Positions 38,666-52,185 of a DNA stretch of 64,000 bases are shown here, piece after piece (the stretch's first letter is position 1; each line of letters opens with the position of its first letter). Under the pieces are notes generated by a model that had not been told where the DNA came from, searched no databases, and was given only the letters and a program-made list of their open reading frames with translations. The translations under genes were made by a program, and so were the position numbers. This DNA comes from a virus, in IMG/VR virus record IMGVR_UViG_3300032893_000012, positions 32,001 to 96,000 of that record. The stretch is one strand, 5' to 3'.

Positions 38666-38902
38666 TCACCGCGTCCGTCGCGCGATCGGGGTGCCCGGAC
38701 TTGTCGGGGGATCATCGTCATGACCATCCGGCAGGACAACAGTCGTAGAAAGTTCTCCAGCGCGATCTAGCGGAACCCGCCAAGTCTTCTCGAACACGAA
38801 ACATACGCATCCGCATCGCTTGCACCAGAACACCCGATCGAGCATCGTGTGCCAGTGATCACTGCCGCATAGGCACGTTTCGCTAAGCGGTACATCGGAC
38901 AT
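38666..38902 (-). CDS. Small Zn-ribbon protein
   Basis: CLCG...CKRCGC. Confidence 0.5.
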   Translation of the reverse strand: MSDVPLSETCLCGSDHWHTMLDRVFWCKRCGCVCFVFEKTWRVPLDRAGELSTTVVLPDGHDDDPPTSPGTPIARRTR

Positions 38903-38970
38903 GGTGTCGTACTTTCAGGACCGCACTTTCAGGGTTGCCTCTCGGTTCGCACCCGCGGTACTCCCGCTTG

Positions 38971-39498
38971 ATGCACGCTCTAGCACTCTACCTCCTCACG
39001 GTCCTAACCATCATTGCTCCCAAGCTCGATATGACGAGAGCGCGTTCGATTTCGACGGATATTGCTGCGGTGGTCGTCTCCGACGAGCGCGCGTTCAGGG
39101 ATGACGCAGACGGACACAAGACAGCGTTACTGCTTCTTTCGATTGCGCACTTCGAGACGGGCAAATCGTGGGCGGCATGGATCGACGACGGGCGATGCAA
39201 CGATCCCGCATGGCGCGCAACGCATGCGAGCTGGCTTCGAGGCGGAGACTGCGACGGGGGACGCTCCTACTCAATGTGGCAACTGCTCGTGCCAGGTAAT
39301 CCGAGATACGGAAAATCTCTCGTGGCAAATCGCCAGCTAGCTGTTCGAGCTGCGCTCGCGCACGCGCGCATGAGCCTCCAGTTGAACGGCAATCTCTGTG
39401 CGTACTCCGGTGAACGTCCGCCGCACTGCTCGAAGGCGAAAACTAGGCTCGAAACAGCGCGCGAATGGGCCGAACGTTTTCCTTATATCACTCAGTGA
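38971..39498 (+). CDS. Secreted lysozyme-fold (lytic transglycosylase-like) protein
   Basis: Signal/anchor N-terminus; IAHFETG (catalytic Glu) and SYSMWQL motifs. Confidence 0.6.
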   Translation: MHALALYLLTVLTIIAPKLDMTRARSISTDIAAVVVSDERAFRDDADGHKTALLLLSIAHFETGKSWAAWIDDGRCNDPAWRATHASWLRGGDCDGGRSYSMWQLLVPGNPRYGKSLVANRQLAVRAALAHARMSLQLNGNLCAYSGERPPHCSKAKTRLETAREWAERFPYITQ

Positions 39499-39523
39499 TT
39501 TGGCGCATTGACCAAGACACCAC

Positions 39524-39556
39524 TCGTTTGACGTTCGTTTGACGTCTGGTTAACAC
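39524..39556 (+). promoter_or_regulatory. 11-bp direct repeats upstream of fibre 2
   Basis: TCGTTTGACGT TCGTTTGACGT CTGGTTAACAC. Confidence 0.7.
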
Positions 39557-39642
39557 AACACCGCGACTAGTCAGGTACCGCATCGACCGTGATAGAGTGC
39601 TCCGGGCGGTCCGAAAATGCCCTTCCGAGTACCTTTACCTGA

Positions 39643-42797
<3,155 letters not shown>

Positions 42798-42811
<14 letters not shown>

Positions 42812-43379
42812 TGTTTCCGCCGAGCTCGACCCATCCGTAACTGATCAAGACGTCGGCGCTGTACATCTTGCAGATGATTGCAAGAGATCCGTTGGCGAAG
42901 GTGGTTCCGGTTGGAGCGCCAGGAATTGTCGTAGGAGCCGATAGAGTCAACGAGCTCCAGTTGAGACCATACCCTAACCCTAGTTGAGGACCATTGGCCT
43001 GATAGAACTGTCCGTCCGAGGTCGACAACGCTGTTGCAGTAACCCAACACGTGATCGTGTTCATCGGAGAAACGTGATTATAGAGCTCGACATGTGCGCT
43101 TCTGACTCCCGCGGAATCGGCAGTGTCATCTCGTACGATGGGACACACCGTGTAACAGTAGTCTGTGCTGGACGCCAGCGTCGGCATGATGAGAGCCGTT
43201 CCGTAGGACATGTCATAGTTATGGGCTAAAGTGAAGGATGCTGCGCTAGAGCAAGCCCTGACTTGACAAGCCGTTGCCGGGGCTGACTTGTAGTCGTAGA
43301 CTACGGCCGCCTTGATATTGTCTCGATGGAGCGTACAGGCAATTCCTAGCACTATGACTATCTTTACTAGCTTCGACAT
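42798..43379 (-). CDS. Secreted Cys-containing protein
   Basis: Signal peptide MSKLVKIVIVLGIAC; beta-rich. Confidence 0.6.
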
Positions 43380-43642
43380 TTGTCTTTTACCTTCTTGAAC
43401 GTAATCGAACCGCCGCACCGACATGCGTAAGAGATGGTCCAAAATGTTGACGTCGTTTCACCCATACCGACACTGACGATCGGTAATGTTTTTGCCTGCT
43501 CGAAAGAATATGCGTAAGCACAGTTCGAGCACGTTACTCGAGGTCTTTCAAAGAACCTCACGATGCGTGCCCGGAGACGCCCCAATAAGGACGACTCCGG
43601 GATGAGCGTGAACACAAGCGGCCATTCGGCGCGAGGCATCAT
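43367..43642 (-). CDS. Zn-ribbon protein
   Basis: CSNC...CRCGG. Confidence 0.5.
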   Translation of the reverse strand: MMPRAEWPLVFTLIPESSLLGRLRARIVRFFERPRVTCSNCAYAYSFEQAKTLPIVSVGMGETTSTFWTISYACRCGGSITFKKVKDKCRS

Positions 43643-43648
43643 CGACGA

Positions 43649-45016
43649 TTACCTCAGATGAACGTAGTCGATCTGGCTCGTAGCAGGCAGCGTTGCCGGA
43701 TTGATGGTCCCGCCGCCAATCCCGCCTATGGCAGTGTTGATAATCAAGAACATGGGCGTGTTCGGTACATAGCTAGCCGCAACTGTGCACGTCGTTGCGC
43801 CGTCGATCTTCCAGATGAGTGATCCGGGCGTCCATGCGAGCGTGTAGACGTGAAAGTTCGCGCTCGTGTCAGTGGTCGCTGGACCGCATCCGTCATCATG
43901 GCCGTTCGAATGAAGCTGCTGGTTCACGTGGCCATGATCCCCGTTGAGGATTTCTGCGATGTCGATCTCGTCCGACCCGGGCGCTGGCCAGTTGCAGCTG
44001 CATTTGTTGTCCGCGCTCTCGAAGTTGGAAACCTGACAGTTCGCGCCGAGCAGCCACACCGCCGGCCAGGTCGTGCCGCCGGCGAGTTTCGCTCGGACGT
44101 CGAGCGTCCCGTAGGTGAACGAGAAGGACCGGAACTGCACGCCGCCCGAGGTGAACTGCGGATTCGCTGTCATGTTGTAGTTGGAAGAGAGAGAAAGCAG
44201 GCCGCCTGACGCGGCTACATTGTCCGGCGAGTAGAATTCGAGCTCCGCGTTGCTCAAGTCTCCAGGCCGATCGAACGTAAACCACTGAGTTCGATCGAGA
44301 CTGTCGAATTCGTCCGACCAGACGAGCGCGCCGCTAGATCCACCTGAACCTACTGTGCCGCCGGAACCGACCGTTCCGCCTGAGCCGACTGCTCCGCCGG
44401 ATCCAGACGATCCGCCGGTACCTGGCGCTCCACCAGATCCGGCGTCACCCGCTGTGACTACGGCGCCGTAGAAACCGGCCGTTGTGGGGCTCCAGGTCTG
44501 CCCACCACTCGGATACGTCGCAGGGAGACTCGAGAGACTCGTTCCGCTCGTTGTGCGAGAGATCGTGCCGCTCGATGCTCCGCAATAAACCGGTATACCG
44601 CCACTGCTAGGTCCTAGGAGCGCTAGCCAGTAACGCGTACCACTAGTCACGGTGACGGAAGGAACGGTCACGGTGTTCCAGCCAGCTACAGGTGAAGCGA
44701 CTGTCCCGGATGTGAGAAGCGCAGTCGGAAGTGTTCCGCCTGAGTTGCTCGAGTAAAGCCCGATCTTGATTTGCGAAGCCCCGTTTCCGGAAGCAACACA
44801 AAGGCTCAACGAGTTGAGTGTCCCGCTCGCTGTCGCGGTGTATCGCCACGCTTCGGCGGAGCCTGCGTTGTTGTTGTCGGTAGTCGTATACTTCGTCGTG
44901 TCACCGACGAGCACTGTCGTCGATGTCTGACTCACCGTTCCGATATCGTCACGGGCAGACGGTGCGCAAGCAAGCGCCACGAGCGGCGCGACCAAGAAGG
45001 CAAACAGGGTTTTCAT
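43649..45016 (-). CDS. Lipoprotein: beta-sandwich domain + Gly/Ser linker + GH16 glycoside hydrolase
   Basis: Lipobox ALAC; LVWSDEF, WPAVWL, catalytic EIDIAE, FHVYTLAW. Confidence 0.85.
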   Translation of the reverse strand: MKTLFAFLVAPLVALACAPSARDDIGTVSQTSTTVLVGDTTKYTTTDNNNAGSAEAWRYTATASGTLNSLSLCVASGNGASQIKIGLYSSNSGGTLPTALLTSGTVASPVAGWNTVTVPSVTVTSGTRYWLALLGPSSGGIPVYCGASSGTISRTTSGTSLSSLPATYPSGGQTWSPTTAGFYGAVVTAGDAGSGGAPGTGGSSGSGGAVGSGGTVGSGGTVGSGGSSGALVWSDEFDSLDRTQWFTFDRPGDLSNAELEFYSPDNVAASGGLLSLSSNYNMTANPQFTSGGVQFRSFSFTYGTLDVRAKLAGGTTWPAVWLLGANCQVSNFESADNKCSCNWPAPGSDEIDIAEILNGDHGHVNQQLHSNGHDDGCGPATTDTSANFHVYTLAWTPGSLIWKIDGATTCTVAASYVPNTPMFLIINTAIGGIGGGTINPATLPATSQIDYVHLR

Positions 45017-46407
45017 TGGTTTCCTCTTTCTTTGAACCATTCTAACATTTCGTCGAATGACACGAGCCCGAGCAGTTCCTTACGATGCGTAACGAGATCG
45101 GTGTAGGTCTCTGCCGGAAGCGACGGGATCCCATCATCAGATCTATTTGGAATTACGATCGCCACACCGTAGTCTGCGTCGACGGTACGTACCATATGGT
45201 TTCCCTCGCGACGAATCCGCACAATAGCCTTCCAAACATCGCCGGTCCACTCTCCCTGCACCTGCGGCACCGCCTGCATCGCTTCGGTTGAAGGGTTCGC
45301 GTCATGCACAACGACTACACGCGAAATATTGCAGGCACTCTCGATGTCTTGATAGGCTTGCTCGGAGTGGTGAAGACCGTCGACGAAAGTAATGTCGTAT
45401 GGTTTCACCGCGAACCCGTCAAAGAACGCATCTGAACTGCAGCGGTAAAATACATTTGCGGCGGATGGCCCCTCGACAGCCGGAGCTGGGTCGACGCCTT
45501 CTTTCCACCGAATATCGACCTTTCGTAGCGTCTCGCCGGAACCGATCCCGATTTCGAGATAGCTCTTCGCGTCGATACGACTCGCGATGGCGTTAATGAC
45601 GTCCCATCGGTAGATCTTTCTAACAAGCGTGCGCCACATGCCGCGGTGAGTTCTCTTCCGGAGCGAATAGGCGATCGGTGCACCATCGAAGGGAGTCCGG
45701 AAGAGAAGCGATTCGTCGCCTCTTGGGTCACCTCCCCACTTGCGTTCGAATTGCTCGAGGCCGCGACGAATTTGCTTCTGTGACTCGTCAGACCAAGAGC
45801 CGCGGACGGCGTGTTTGAACTCGGTCTTGACGAGCACGGGCTCGATACCACCGAGCTTCATGCGCCAGCGGTAGTCGGAGTCCTCGTAGTACGCGGGGTA
45901 GAACGACTCGTCGTAGGGACCGATCTTTTGGTAGAGCTCGGGCGAGTGGAGGAAGAGGCACCAGCCGCTCGCGTCGAGGCCGCCGTCGGCGATGACGAGC
46001 GGAGTCATCAGGGCTCTCTGCCGAAACGAGTCCGATTCGGTAGAGGCGAGCGCGCGGGTTCCCTCGTATTGCCCGACCAGATCCTGGAGCGTGGTCTCGC
46101 CGAGCTCGACGTCGTCGTTCGAGATGACGACGAGGTCTTCGGCCGCCTCGTCGAGGATTGCGTTCCACGCGGCGGCGACGCCGATGTTCGAGCCCGGTTC
46201 GAGGACGCGGACGGTCCTCCCGTTTGAGAGGGCGTGATGAATGACGGGAGAGCCTTCGAGCTTCGCGCGGAACTCGCCGCCGTTGTCGACGATGAGGTAT
46301 CCGTCGAGCTTGTAGGTGGCTTCGGCCGAGGCGAGAAGACGCTCGAGGAGGTCGTAGCGCTTGAGGACCGGGACGCCGAGGAGCATGTGCCGGTGTTCCG
46401 TATCCAT
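45013..46407 (-). CDS. GT2 glycosyltransferase fused to class I SAM methyltransferase
   Basis: IVDNG, SNDD, YDESFYPAYYEDSDY; then SYLEIG...FVDGLH...VVHD. Confidence 0.85.
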   Translation of the reverse strand: MDTEHRHMLLGVPVLKRYDLLERLLASAEATYKLDGYLIVDNGGEFRAKLEGSPVIHHALSNGRTVRVLEPGSNIGVAAAWNAILDEAAEDLVVISNDDVELGETTLQDLVGQYEGTRALASTESDSFRQRALMTPLVIADGGLDASGWCLFLHSPELYQKIGPYDESFYPAYYEDSDYRWRMKLGGIEPVLVKTEFKHAVRGSWSDESQKQIRRGLEQFERKWGGDPRGDESLLFRTPFDGAPIAYSLRKRTHRGMWRTLVRKIYRWDVINAIASRIDAKSYLEIGIGSGETLRKVDIRWKEGVDPAPAVEGPSAANVFYRCSSDAFFDGFAVKPYDITFVDGLHHSEQAYQDIESACNISRVVVVHDANPSTEAMQAVPQVQGEWTGDVWKAIVRIRREGNHMVRTVDADYGVAIVIPNRSDDGIPSLPAETYTDLVTHRKELLGLVSFDEMLEWFKERGNQ

Positions 46408-46814
46408 TATTCTGGTTCTATGTGTCGGTCGTTGAGTTTAAAATACGCTACCTCGACGGGTTCGCCGACCCAGTTTTTCCCGTCGTAATAGCGCGATGTG
46501 TTTTGTCCGTAAGGAAACCACCCACTGCTTTGTTGGCATTCATCGCATGTACAACGGTTGCCCATGCTGCCGCCAACTTCGTGGCCGCCGTACATTCTGG
46601 CGCAGCGAGGACACTCGGCCCAGTAGTAACCGCAGAGCAAAGCATAGAGCCAGTTGATCGAACGAATGCGTGTCGGTAATTCATGCCCCTTCTCATGTTT
46701 TCGACGCTCTCCGATATTCTCCGAGTACCAACGCGCGGGGATCGCGAGCGCGATGTAGAGACACAAAAGCCCGAACGGTAAAATGAGAATAGCAGTGAAG
46801 ATGTAGAGAATCAT
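46407..46814 (-). CDS. Membrane-anchored Zn-finger protein
   Basis: N-terminal TM; CPRC...GGHE...CDEC. Confidence 0.55.
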   Translation of the reverse strand: MILYIFTAILILPFGLLCLYIALAIPARWYSENIGERRKHEKGHELPTRIRSINWLYALLCGYYWAECPRCARMYGGHEVGGSMGNRCTCDECQQSSGWFPYGQNTSRYYDGKNWVGEPVEVAYFKLNDRHIEPE

Positions 46815-47083
46815 TTGCGGCCCCTTTCCAAGTTCTCCCAATAGCGTATCAGACGGCAATCTCCGCGGTGTGGCCCCTCGCGACCGCCACCGCAATCGCA
46901 GAGCGACGGCTCCGGAGCAGACGGCTTCGGCTTGAACGTCGCTTGCACCCAAATCGCCAGAAGGCCTGTGAAAATCGCTAGCGCTGCGCCTACTGTCACA
47001 TCACGCAGCGCCCAACCTAGGTTGAACGCAGAGACGCAGAGCATGTTGATTCGAAACGCCTCCTGCACGTCCTTTTTGTTCAT
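46811..47083 (-). CDS. Small membrane protein
   Basis: Two TM helices; CDC..H..DC motif. Confidence 0.5.
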   Translation of the reverse strand: MNKKDVQEAFRINMLCVSAFNLGWALRDVTVGAALAIFTGLLAIWVQATFKPKPSAPEPSLCDCGGGREGPHRGDCRLIRYWENLERGRK

Positions 47084-47892
47084 CGGGCCCCTCCGAGCGC
47101 CAAGAACCGTTCCCGCGCCTCCTCCGGCGACCCGTCCTTGAGTGCCTCGAGCGCCATGTGGGCGATCAACTCGTGGCTCCGCCGGACCCCGCTCCAGTTC
47201 GCCGCCAAGCTCGTGTGATCGGCGTAGTAGAGATCGAACTTCTCCGGGTGCTCGATAACGATCCTCCCCAGCATCATCTCGTCGGTGACGGCGAAGCCGA
47301 GATCGAGGCAGCGCGCCCACTCCTCTGAGATCCTGTCGGCTAGCCACTCAATCTCCGGCGCCCGCGCCGACCAGAGCCCTCCCCCAACGGGCCACCAGTG
47401 CCGCGAGTAGTAGACGTCGAGGTCCTCGCGGGCGTATCGGGGTACATGGGAGATCGACGCGAGGCGGATCTTGCCAGGGGCAGGGTCGCGCCGCGCGACG
47501 TCGAGCAAGCTGTCCTCCGGCGCGTGCGGAAGGCCAAAGTCGACCCAGGTGAAGACTTCTTCCGTCTGAAACTGTTCGAGGTTCGTCACCATCCGCATCC
47601 ACCGATAGCGCTCCTTCATGAGGAGGAGGTAACGCGCCGTGTCCTTCGCGGGGTCGTACTGAAACTTCGACCGGGAGAGGAGCGCGTCGACGCGGGGAAC
47701 ATCGCTGAAATCGAGTCTCGGGGTCGCGACGTACACCATCTTGCGCTTTACCGGGAGGGGGAACGTGTCGGAGAAGTAGACGAGCGGCACGTCCTGGGAG
47801 AAGAGCCACTTGCCGCGCTGCATCCACTCCTCGGTCGACGTGCGCCGCGGTTCGTGGTGGGAGAGATCGATGAAGCCGGTGACGAAGATCAT
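47080..47892 (-). CDS. HtrL/WlaTC-like glycosyltransferase
   Basis: FVTGFIDL, WVDFG, GGGLW, TDEMML, PEKFDLYY. Confidence 0.7.
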   Translation of the reverse strand: MIFVTGFIDLSHHEPRRTSTEEWMQRGKWLFSQDVPLVYFSDTFPLPVKRKMVYVATPRLDFSDVPRVDALLSRSKFQYDPAKDTARYLLLMKERYRWMRMVTNLEQFQTEEVFTWVDFGLPHAPEDSLLDVARRDPAPGKIRLASISHVPRYAREDLDVYYSRHWWPVGGGLWSARAPEIEWLADRISEEWARCLDLGFAVTDEMMLGRIVIEHPEKFDLYYADHTSLAANWSGVRRSHELIAHMALEALKDGSPEEARERFLALGGAR

Positions 47893-48674
47893 CCTCGTAC
47901 CCGTTCGAGGACGAGCGCGTTCTTCAGGCGCTCCACCATCCGGAAGCGCCACCCGACGATCGCCTCCCAGTAGTGGAAGACGTACGAGTCCTCACCGTTG
48001 ATGTCCTCGATCACGTAGTGACCGCCAGGGGCCACGCGCGAGTGGAAGTTGACGAGCGTCGCCATCTGCATGTCGGGTCGGTGCCCGCCGTCGTCGATGA
48101 TGAGGTCGAACGATTCGTCTCGCCGCCACGCGAAGAACTCGGCAACGGAGATGGCGTTGGTCGAGTCGCAAATCCCGGTCTCGATCCGCGGTTCCGAGAA
48201 CTGCGTGTCCTGCTGCACGTCGAGCCCGAGTAGCGTCGCGTGCGGGAGGTAGTCCCGGAACGCGCGGAGGCTCCCTCCCGGGCGATAGCCAGGACCGTGG
48301 AAGCCCACCATCGTGCTGAAGGCGTGCTCTTCCAGCGTGCCGATCCCAATCTCGAGGAGGCGAAAAGGCTCGCGGCGCCGGGGTGAGAGGATGCGTTCGT
48401 ACATCGGCGCGTAGCCGTTTCTGGCTTTGTCGGTGCCGTGCTCCTCGAAGAGATCGTGGAGCGCGATGGTGCCGGCGTCTTTCAAGGGGCTTTCCTCGCC
48501 TTTCGTCTTGCTTGATAGCAATGCTGAGGCATCTTCTTTTCTCATTCCGGAGAGGAGCTCGAGCGCCTCTCGATCGCATTCTTGGCCACTTGCCGACAGG
48601 ACTCCGCGAGCGATGATCTCGTCTAGGCCTTCCTGTTCTTCCTCATCCACTTCGACGAGCGTGATAGTGCTCAT
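47889..48674 (-). CDS. Class I SAM-dependent (sugar O-) methyltransferase
   Basis: TDK...Y...Y, LLEIGIG, GLD, FDLIIDDGGH, YVIED. Confidence 0.8.
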   Translation of the reverse strand: MSTITLVEVDEEEQEGLDEIIARGVLSASGQECDREALELLSGMRKEDASALLSSKTKGEESPLKDAGTIALHDLFEEHGTDKARNGYAPMYERILSPRRREPFRLLEIGIGTLEEHAFSTMVGFHGPGYRPGGSLRAFRDYLPHATLLGLDVQQDTQFSEPRIETGICDSTNAISVAEFFAWRRDESFDLIIDDGGHRPDMQMATLVNFHSRVAPGGHYVIEDINGEDSYVFHYWEAIVGWRFRMVERLKNALVLERVRG

Positions 48675-49723
48675 GCGTGTTTCCTTTTTTCGCCTAGTGG
48701 CTCCATCGCAATTTCCACACGATTCGGCTCGAAAAACGTCAGGTGGGCGGAACCTCCTTCGTTCATACCAAAGCTCGCTACCAGCTGATCTCCGTCCCAA
48801 CCAAGGCCAGCACAGAATTCAATCCCGTCCAAGCGAGCGAAGTAAAACGGCTCGCTCACGGAAGTGATGCGGAAGTCCGAGTCGAATCGAATGAAGCGAT
48901 GTAGATAGAACCGCTCGTTTTCGCGGTACGCCACCTCGTGCGCGAGACATAGATAACCCGCACCGAACTTCACCAGCTGCGAGCCCCCGCGGATGTCTGT
49001 CAAGCACACCGGAGTCTCGTGCCGAGCGACTTCGACGGTACGAACGCCATTCACGGACACCGCTATGGTCGGGTCGCACGTGTAAAGGAAGAGTCCAGAG
49101 CTTCCAGACACCGGCATCCAGTTTTTCTGGAGCAGATGCGCTTCGTAATCGCGGATCACCTTCACGTCTACGACGTTCCAAGCCTCGTCGAAGTAAAGGC
49201 AACCCATCTCCGAGCTTCCATACGGATCCCCGTGATCCGTGCCTGGAAGTAGGTTGCGCAAGCTTCCGGAGGCCCAGTACGATCCATCCGCGTTCCTCAC
49301 CAAGCGGAGATCCTCGAAACCATGCGCCCTGAAACCGTCGTCACACGCCAGGATTCCGGTCGCATCCCTGATCTCGGTGGCGCTCTTTACGCTCCAATTC
49401 GCGTCGAGCTCGACGACATAGCTCCGGGTGCGCAGGTTTCTGAAGCCGTCGAGCGTGAGCGGCTTCCACTTCGACATGAAGTAATTCACCGTACGCACGA
49501 CGGACAGGCGACGTTCCTCCAAGCAGATCGAGGGATTGATGGGGAGCCATCCGTCGTCTGGAGACCACTCGATCTTGGTCGTCCGGGCGCCGAAGAGCTC
49601 GGAAGAGGACCTCGCGAAGTAGGTGAAGACGTCGAGGGCTTGGGACCTCATGACGGGACTTACGGTCAACTCTGCGAGCTTTTGGAGCATCTCTTTCGAC
49701 GACTCACACGCGTTCCAGGGCAA
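48671..49723 (-). CDS. GH130-like beta-propeller protein
   Basis: NPSI, GFEDLRL, QKNWMP, RGGSQ, IEFCAGL; paralogue of the 716-aa C-terminus. Start uncertain. Confidence 0.7.
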   Translation of the reverse strand: MPWNACESSKEMLQKLAELTVSPVMRSQALDVFTYFARSSSELFGARTTKIEWSPDDGWLPINPSICLEERRLSVVRTVNYFMSKWKPLTLDGFRNLRTRSYVVELDANWSVKSATEIRDATGILACDDGFRAHGFEDLRLVRNADGSYWASGSLRNLLPGTDHGDPYGSSEMGCLYFDEAWNVVDVKVIRDYEAHLLQKNWMPVSGSSGLFLYTCDPTIAVSVNGVRTVEVARHETPVCLTDIRGGSQLVKFGAGYLCLAHEVAYRENERFYLHRFIRFDSDFRITSVSEPFYFARLDGIEFCAGLGWDGDQLVASFGMNEGGSAHLTFFEPNRVEIAMEPLGEKRKHA

Positions 49724-50228
49724 GCGCGTTCGGACGACGGTCGAATGGACGGAAGCGCCATCCGGCGATGGCCTCCCAAAAATGGAATACGTATGAATCT
49801 TCGCGTTCGATGCCTTCGATCACGTAGATGCCGCCCTTACGCACCTTTCGGTGAAAGTTGACGAAGGTAGCCACCTGAGCATCTTCGAAATGGTCGCCGT
49901 CGTCGATGATGAGGTCGAACCACCCGTCTCGACGCCACGCGAAGAAGCGCGAAACTCCGAGGGCGTCAGTGGAATCGCAGGTTCCTGTTTCGATGCGCTC
50001 TTCCGTGAACCGTGCACTCGGATCGATGTCGAGCCCAAGGAATGTCGCGTTCGGACAGTAGTCGCGAAAGGCCCTGAGGCTTCTTCTGCTCGTTCCGGCG
50101 CCGATCTCCAAGATCCTAAGCGGAGCGCGCTTTCGAATCGGATTGAAGATCCGTTGATACATCCCGGAATAGCCATTTCGAAGCTTGTCGCTTTCGTGCC
50201 GTTCGAAGATCTCGTCGAGTTCGCTCAC
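49704..50228 (-). CDS. Class I SAM methyltransferase (paralogue of 47889-48674)
   Basis: ILEIGAG, FDLIIDDGDH; near-identical C-terminus. Confidence 0.8.
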   Translation of the reverse strand: MSELDEIFERHESDKLRNGYSGMYQRIFNPIRKRAPLRILEIGAGTSRRSLRAFRDYCPNATFLGLDIDPSARFTEERIETGTCDSTDALGVSRFFAWRRDGWFDLIIDDGDHFEDAQVATFVNFHRKVRKGGIYVIEGIEREDSYVFHFWEAIAGWRFRPFDRRPNALALERV

Positions 50229-51808
50229 GTGTGCTTCCTCACTTCACGCATGGCCCAGAGGAGCTTCTCGAGCTCCGCATCGTCGAGCTCGCACTTGCCG
50301 AGTACATACGAATCCCAGAGCCGCGCCTCCGCGAGCTTCGCCACCTCCCAGTCCCCCGCAGCTACCGCCGGCAGGAGCAAGTTGCCGATCGGCGCGCCTG
50401 GGTTCTCGCGCACGCCAACGTAGTTCATGATCATCTGGGCATAATCGCCCGGATACCAGTTGAAGAGATCGGGTCGACGCGCGTGCACGAGCGCCATGAT
50501 CTGCTCGTCGGCGTGTCCGTAACCCGCCTCGAGCGCACGCACGAATTGCTCCTCCATGAGGGTCGAGACTTCGTGCATCGAAGCCCGATCGCCCGTGTAG
50601 AACCCGCTGCAGAACGTGCAGCCGCCGCAGGAGGACGCCGGATCAGCGCATCCCCCCTTCCCGTAGAATGCCGCGAGATCCGTCGGCGGGGGCTGGTAGC
50701 CGATGCGGCAGGTCGAGAAACCGTGTCGCCGGCAAGCGAGCGCGTCGTCCAAGTACATGATGTTCCGGATCCCCATCCGCTCGACGCAGATGTTGATCCA
50801 GGCGTAGAACGGCGCCTCCGTCACGTCGATCGCGTGCTTCAACATCGCCGAGCGCGCCATACAGAAGAGGTAGTAGGACGCCGTGTTTCGGCGATCCCGC
50901 GCGCACTGGTGAGCGCCGTGGCGGTTCTCCCAGATTCGCTCTCGATGCTCGTAGAGAGGAAAATCCGAGAACCGTTGACAGACGACCATCGTTCTCGAGT
51001 GGAGAAACTGAGGACGCTTCCGCCACACGGCTTCTTCGAACTCCGGCTCCGTGAAGACAACGAGATCGTGCTCAGCGGCGAGCGTTCCGCTCGAGTGCTC
51101 CTCGAGATACCACGACGGCGGCCGCGACGAGAGCTCGGGGTTAGCGTCCGGTTCCTTCGTGAGGTCGAAGTATCCGGTGACGAGCGTCCAACCGGAAAGG
51201 TCCTCCGAGCTTGGCGCCTCGTTGAAGTAGATACCTTCTCGACCGTTGATGGAAACGAGTCCCGTTCCCGACCAGTGGCCAACGCTCGTAAGATCGATCT
51301 TCTGCCGGCGTGGGATTTGGTACCAGACCTTCTCGCGGAGAGCCTTGAAATGCCAAACGTCGTCGAGAAGGACGATGCCCCGATAGCCGTTGTTTTGAAG
51401 CCACGAGAGGAACTCCGCTTCTCGCGTCCCCTCGTGCGGGTCGATGTCGAGGAGGATGAGCGGGCTCTTGAGGAGCTCTTCCCGAATGCGCTCGCGACCC
51501 TCGGGAGCCACGATGTCCCGGATGAACCGGAGGATGTTCGGTTTTCGGTCGACGATCGGCGGGGCGTTGTCGGCTACGTCGTAGGTCACGACGGTGTTCT
51601 CCGGGTTGTAGGAGAGCGCGATCGCGGAGGCGCCCCGGTGCGTCCCAATATCGAAGATCGTCCCCGACACCTTCGTCGAGAGGTAGGCGAGGAGCCGGTA
51701 GTGCTCGCGTCCGGCAGGCGCGTAGAACTCGGGGTTGTCGCGCGCGAAGGGGCGGAGTTCTTCGAGGGAGAAGCAGCGGACGTCGTCGGCGATGATTCGG
51801 AGGGTCAT
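50225..51808 (-). CDS. Methyltransferase fused to HtrL-like glycosyltransferase
   Basis: EHYRLL..FDIGTHRGAS...LDDVW; then LVTGYFDL...GHADEQ...YPGDY. Confidence 0.75.
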   Translation of the reverse strand: MTLRIIADDVRCFSLEELRPFARDNPEFYAPAGREHYRLLAYLSTKVSGTIFDIGTHRGASAIALSYNPENTVVTYDVADNAPPIVDRKPNILRFIRDIVAPEGRERIREELLKSPLILLDIDPHEGTREAEFLSWLQNNGYRGIVLLDDVWHFKALREKVWYQIPRRQKIDLTSVGHWSGTGLVSINGREGIYFNEAPSSEDLSGWTLVTGYFDLTKEPDANPELSSRPPSWYLEEHSSGTLAAEHDLVVFTEPEFEEAVWRKRPQFLHSRTMVVCQRFSDFPLYEHRERIWENRHGAHQCARDRRNTASYYLFCMARSAMLKHAIDVTEAPFYAWINICVERMGIRNIMYLDDALACRRHGFSTCRIGYQPPPTDLAAFYGKGGCADPASSCGGCTFCSGFYTGDRASMHEVSTLMEEQFVRALEAGYGHADEQIMALVHARRPDLFNWYPGDYAQMIMNYVGVRENPGAPIGNLLLPAVAAGDWEVAKLAEARLWDSYVLGKCELDDAELEKLLWAMREVRKHT

Positions 51809-52185
51809 AACGGCAGGATCTCCGCCCAGTGCGTGGGCCATTCCTTCAGTCCGCAAGAGAAGTCCACCGTGTGAGCGAACCAGATGCTCCCATCTTTCGT
51901 TCCCTCGTACCTCTTCGGCGTCCAATTGACGACCCGCACTGCACCGTCCTTCCAGCGCCCCAGGACAACTTTCCCGGGTTCTGGCTCTCGCTCCTCGACG
52001 GCTACCCACGATTCTACAGAACCGCCAATTCTGTGGAGTTCGACGACGACGAACCCATCGTCTTCCTTGCCGTCGTCAGTAAGAGCCAACCCGTGCGGCT
52101 CGAGGAGTTCTGCAACGCCGTCGATCACATCCTCGATGTGCGAGCGATGACCAAACTCAACTGAGCCCAATAGTTTCTTGCTCAT
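51805..52185 (-). CDS. Hypothetical phage protein (DUF551-like C-terminus)
   Basis: WVAVEEREPE...VLG...PTHWAEI. Confidence 0.55.
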   Translation of the reverse strand: MSKKLLGSVEFGHRSHIEDVIDGVAELLEPHGLALTDDGKEDDGFVVVELHRIGGSVESWVAVEEREPEPGKVVLGRWKDGAVRVVNWTPKRYEGTKDGSIWFAHTVDFSCGLKEWPTHWAEILPL

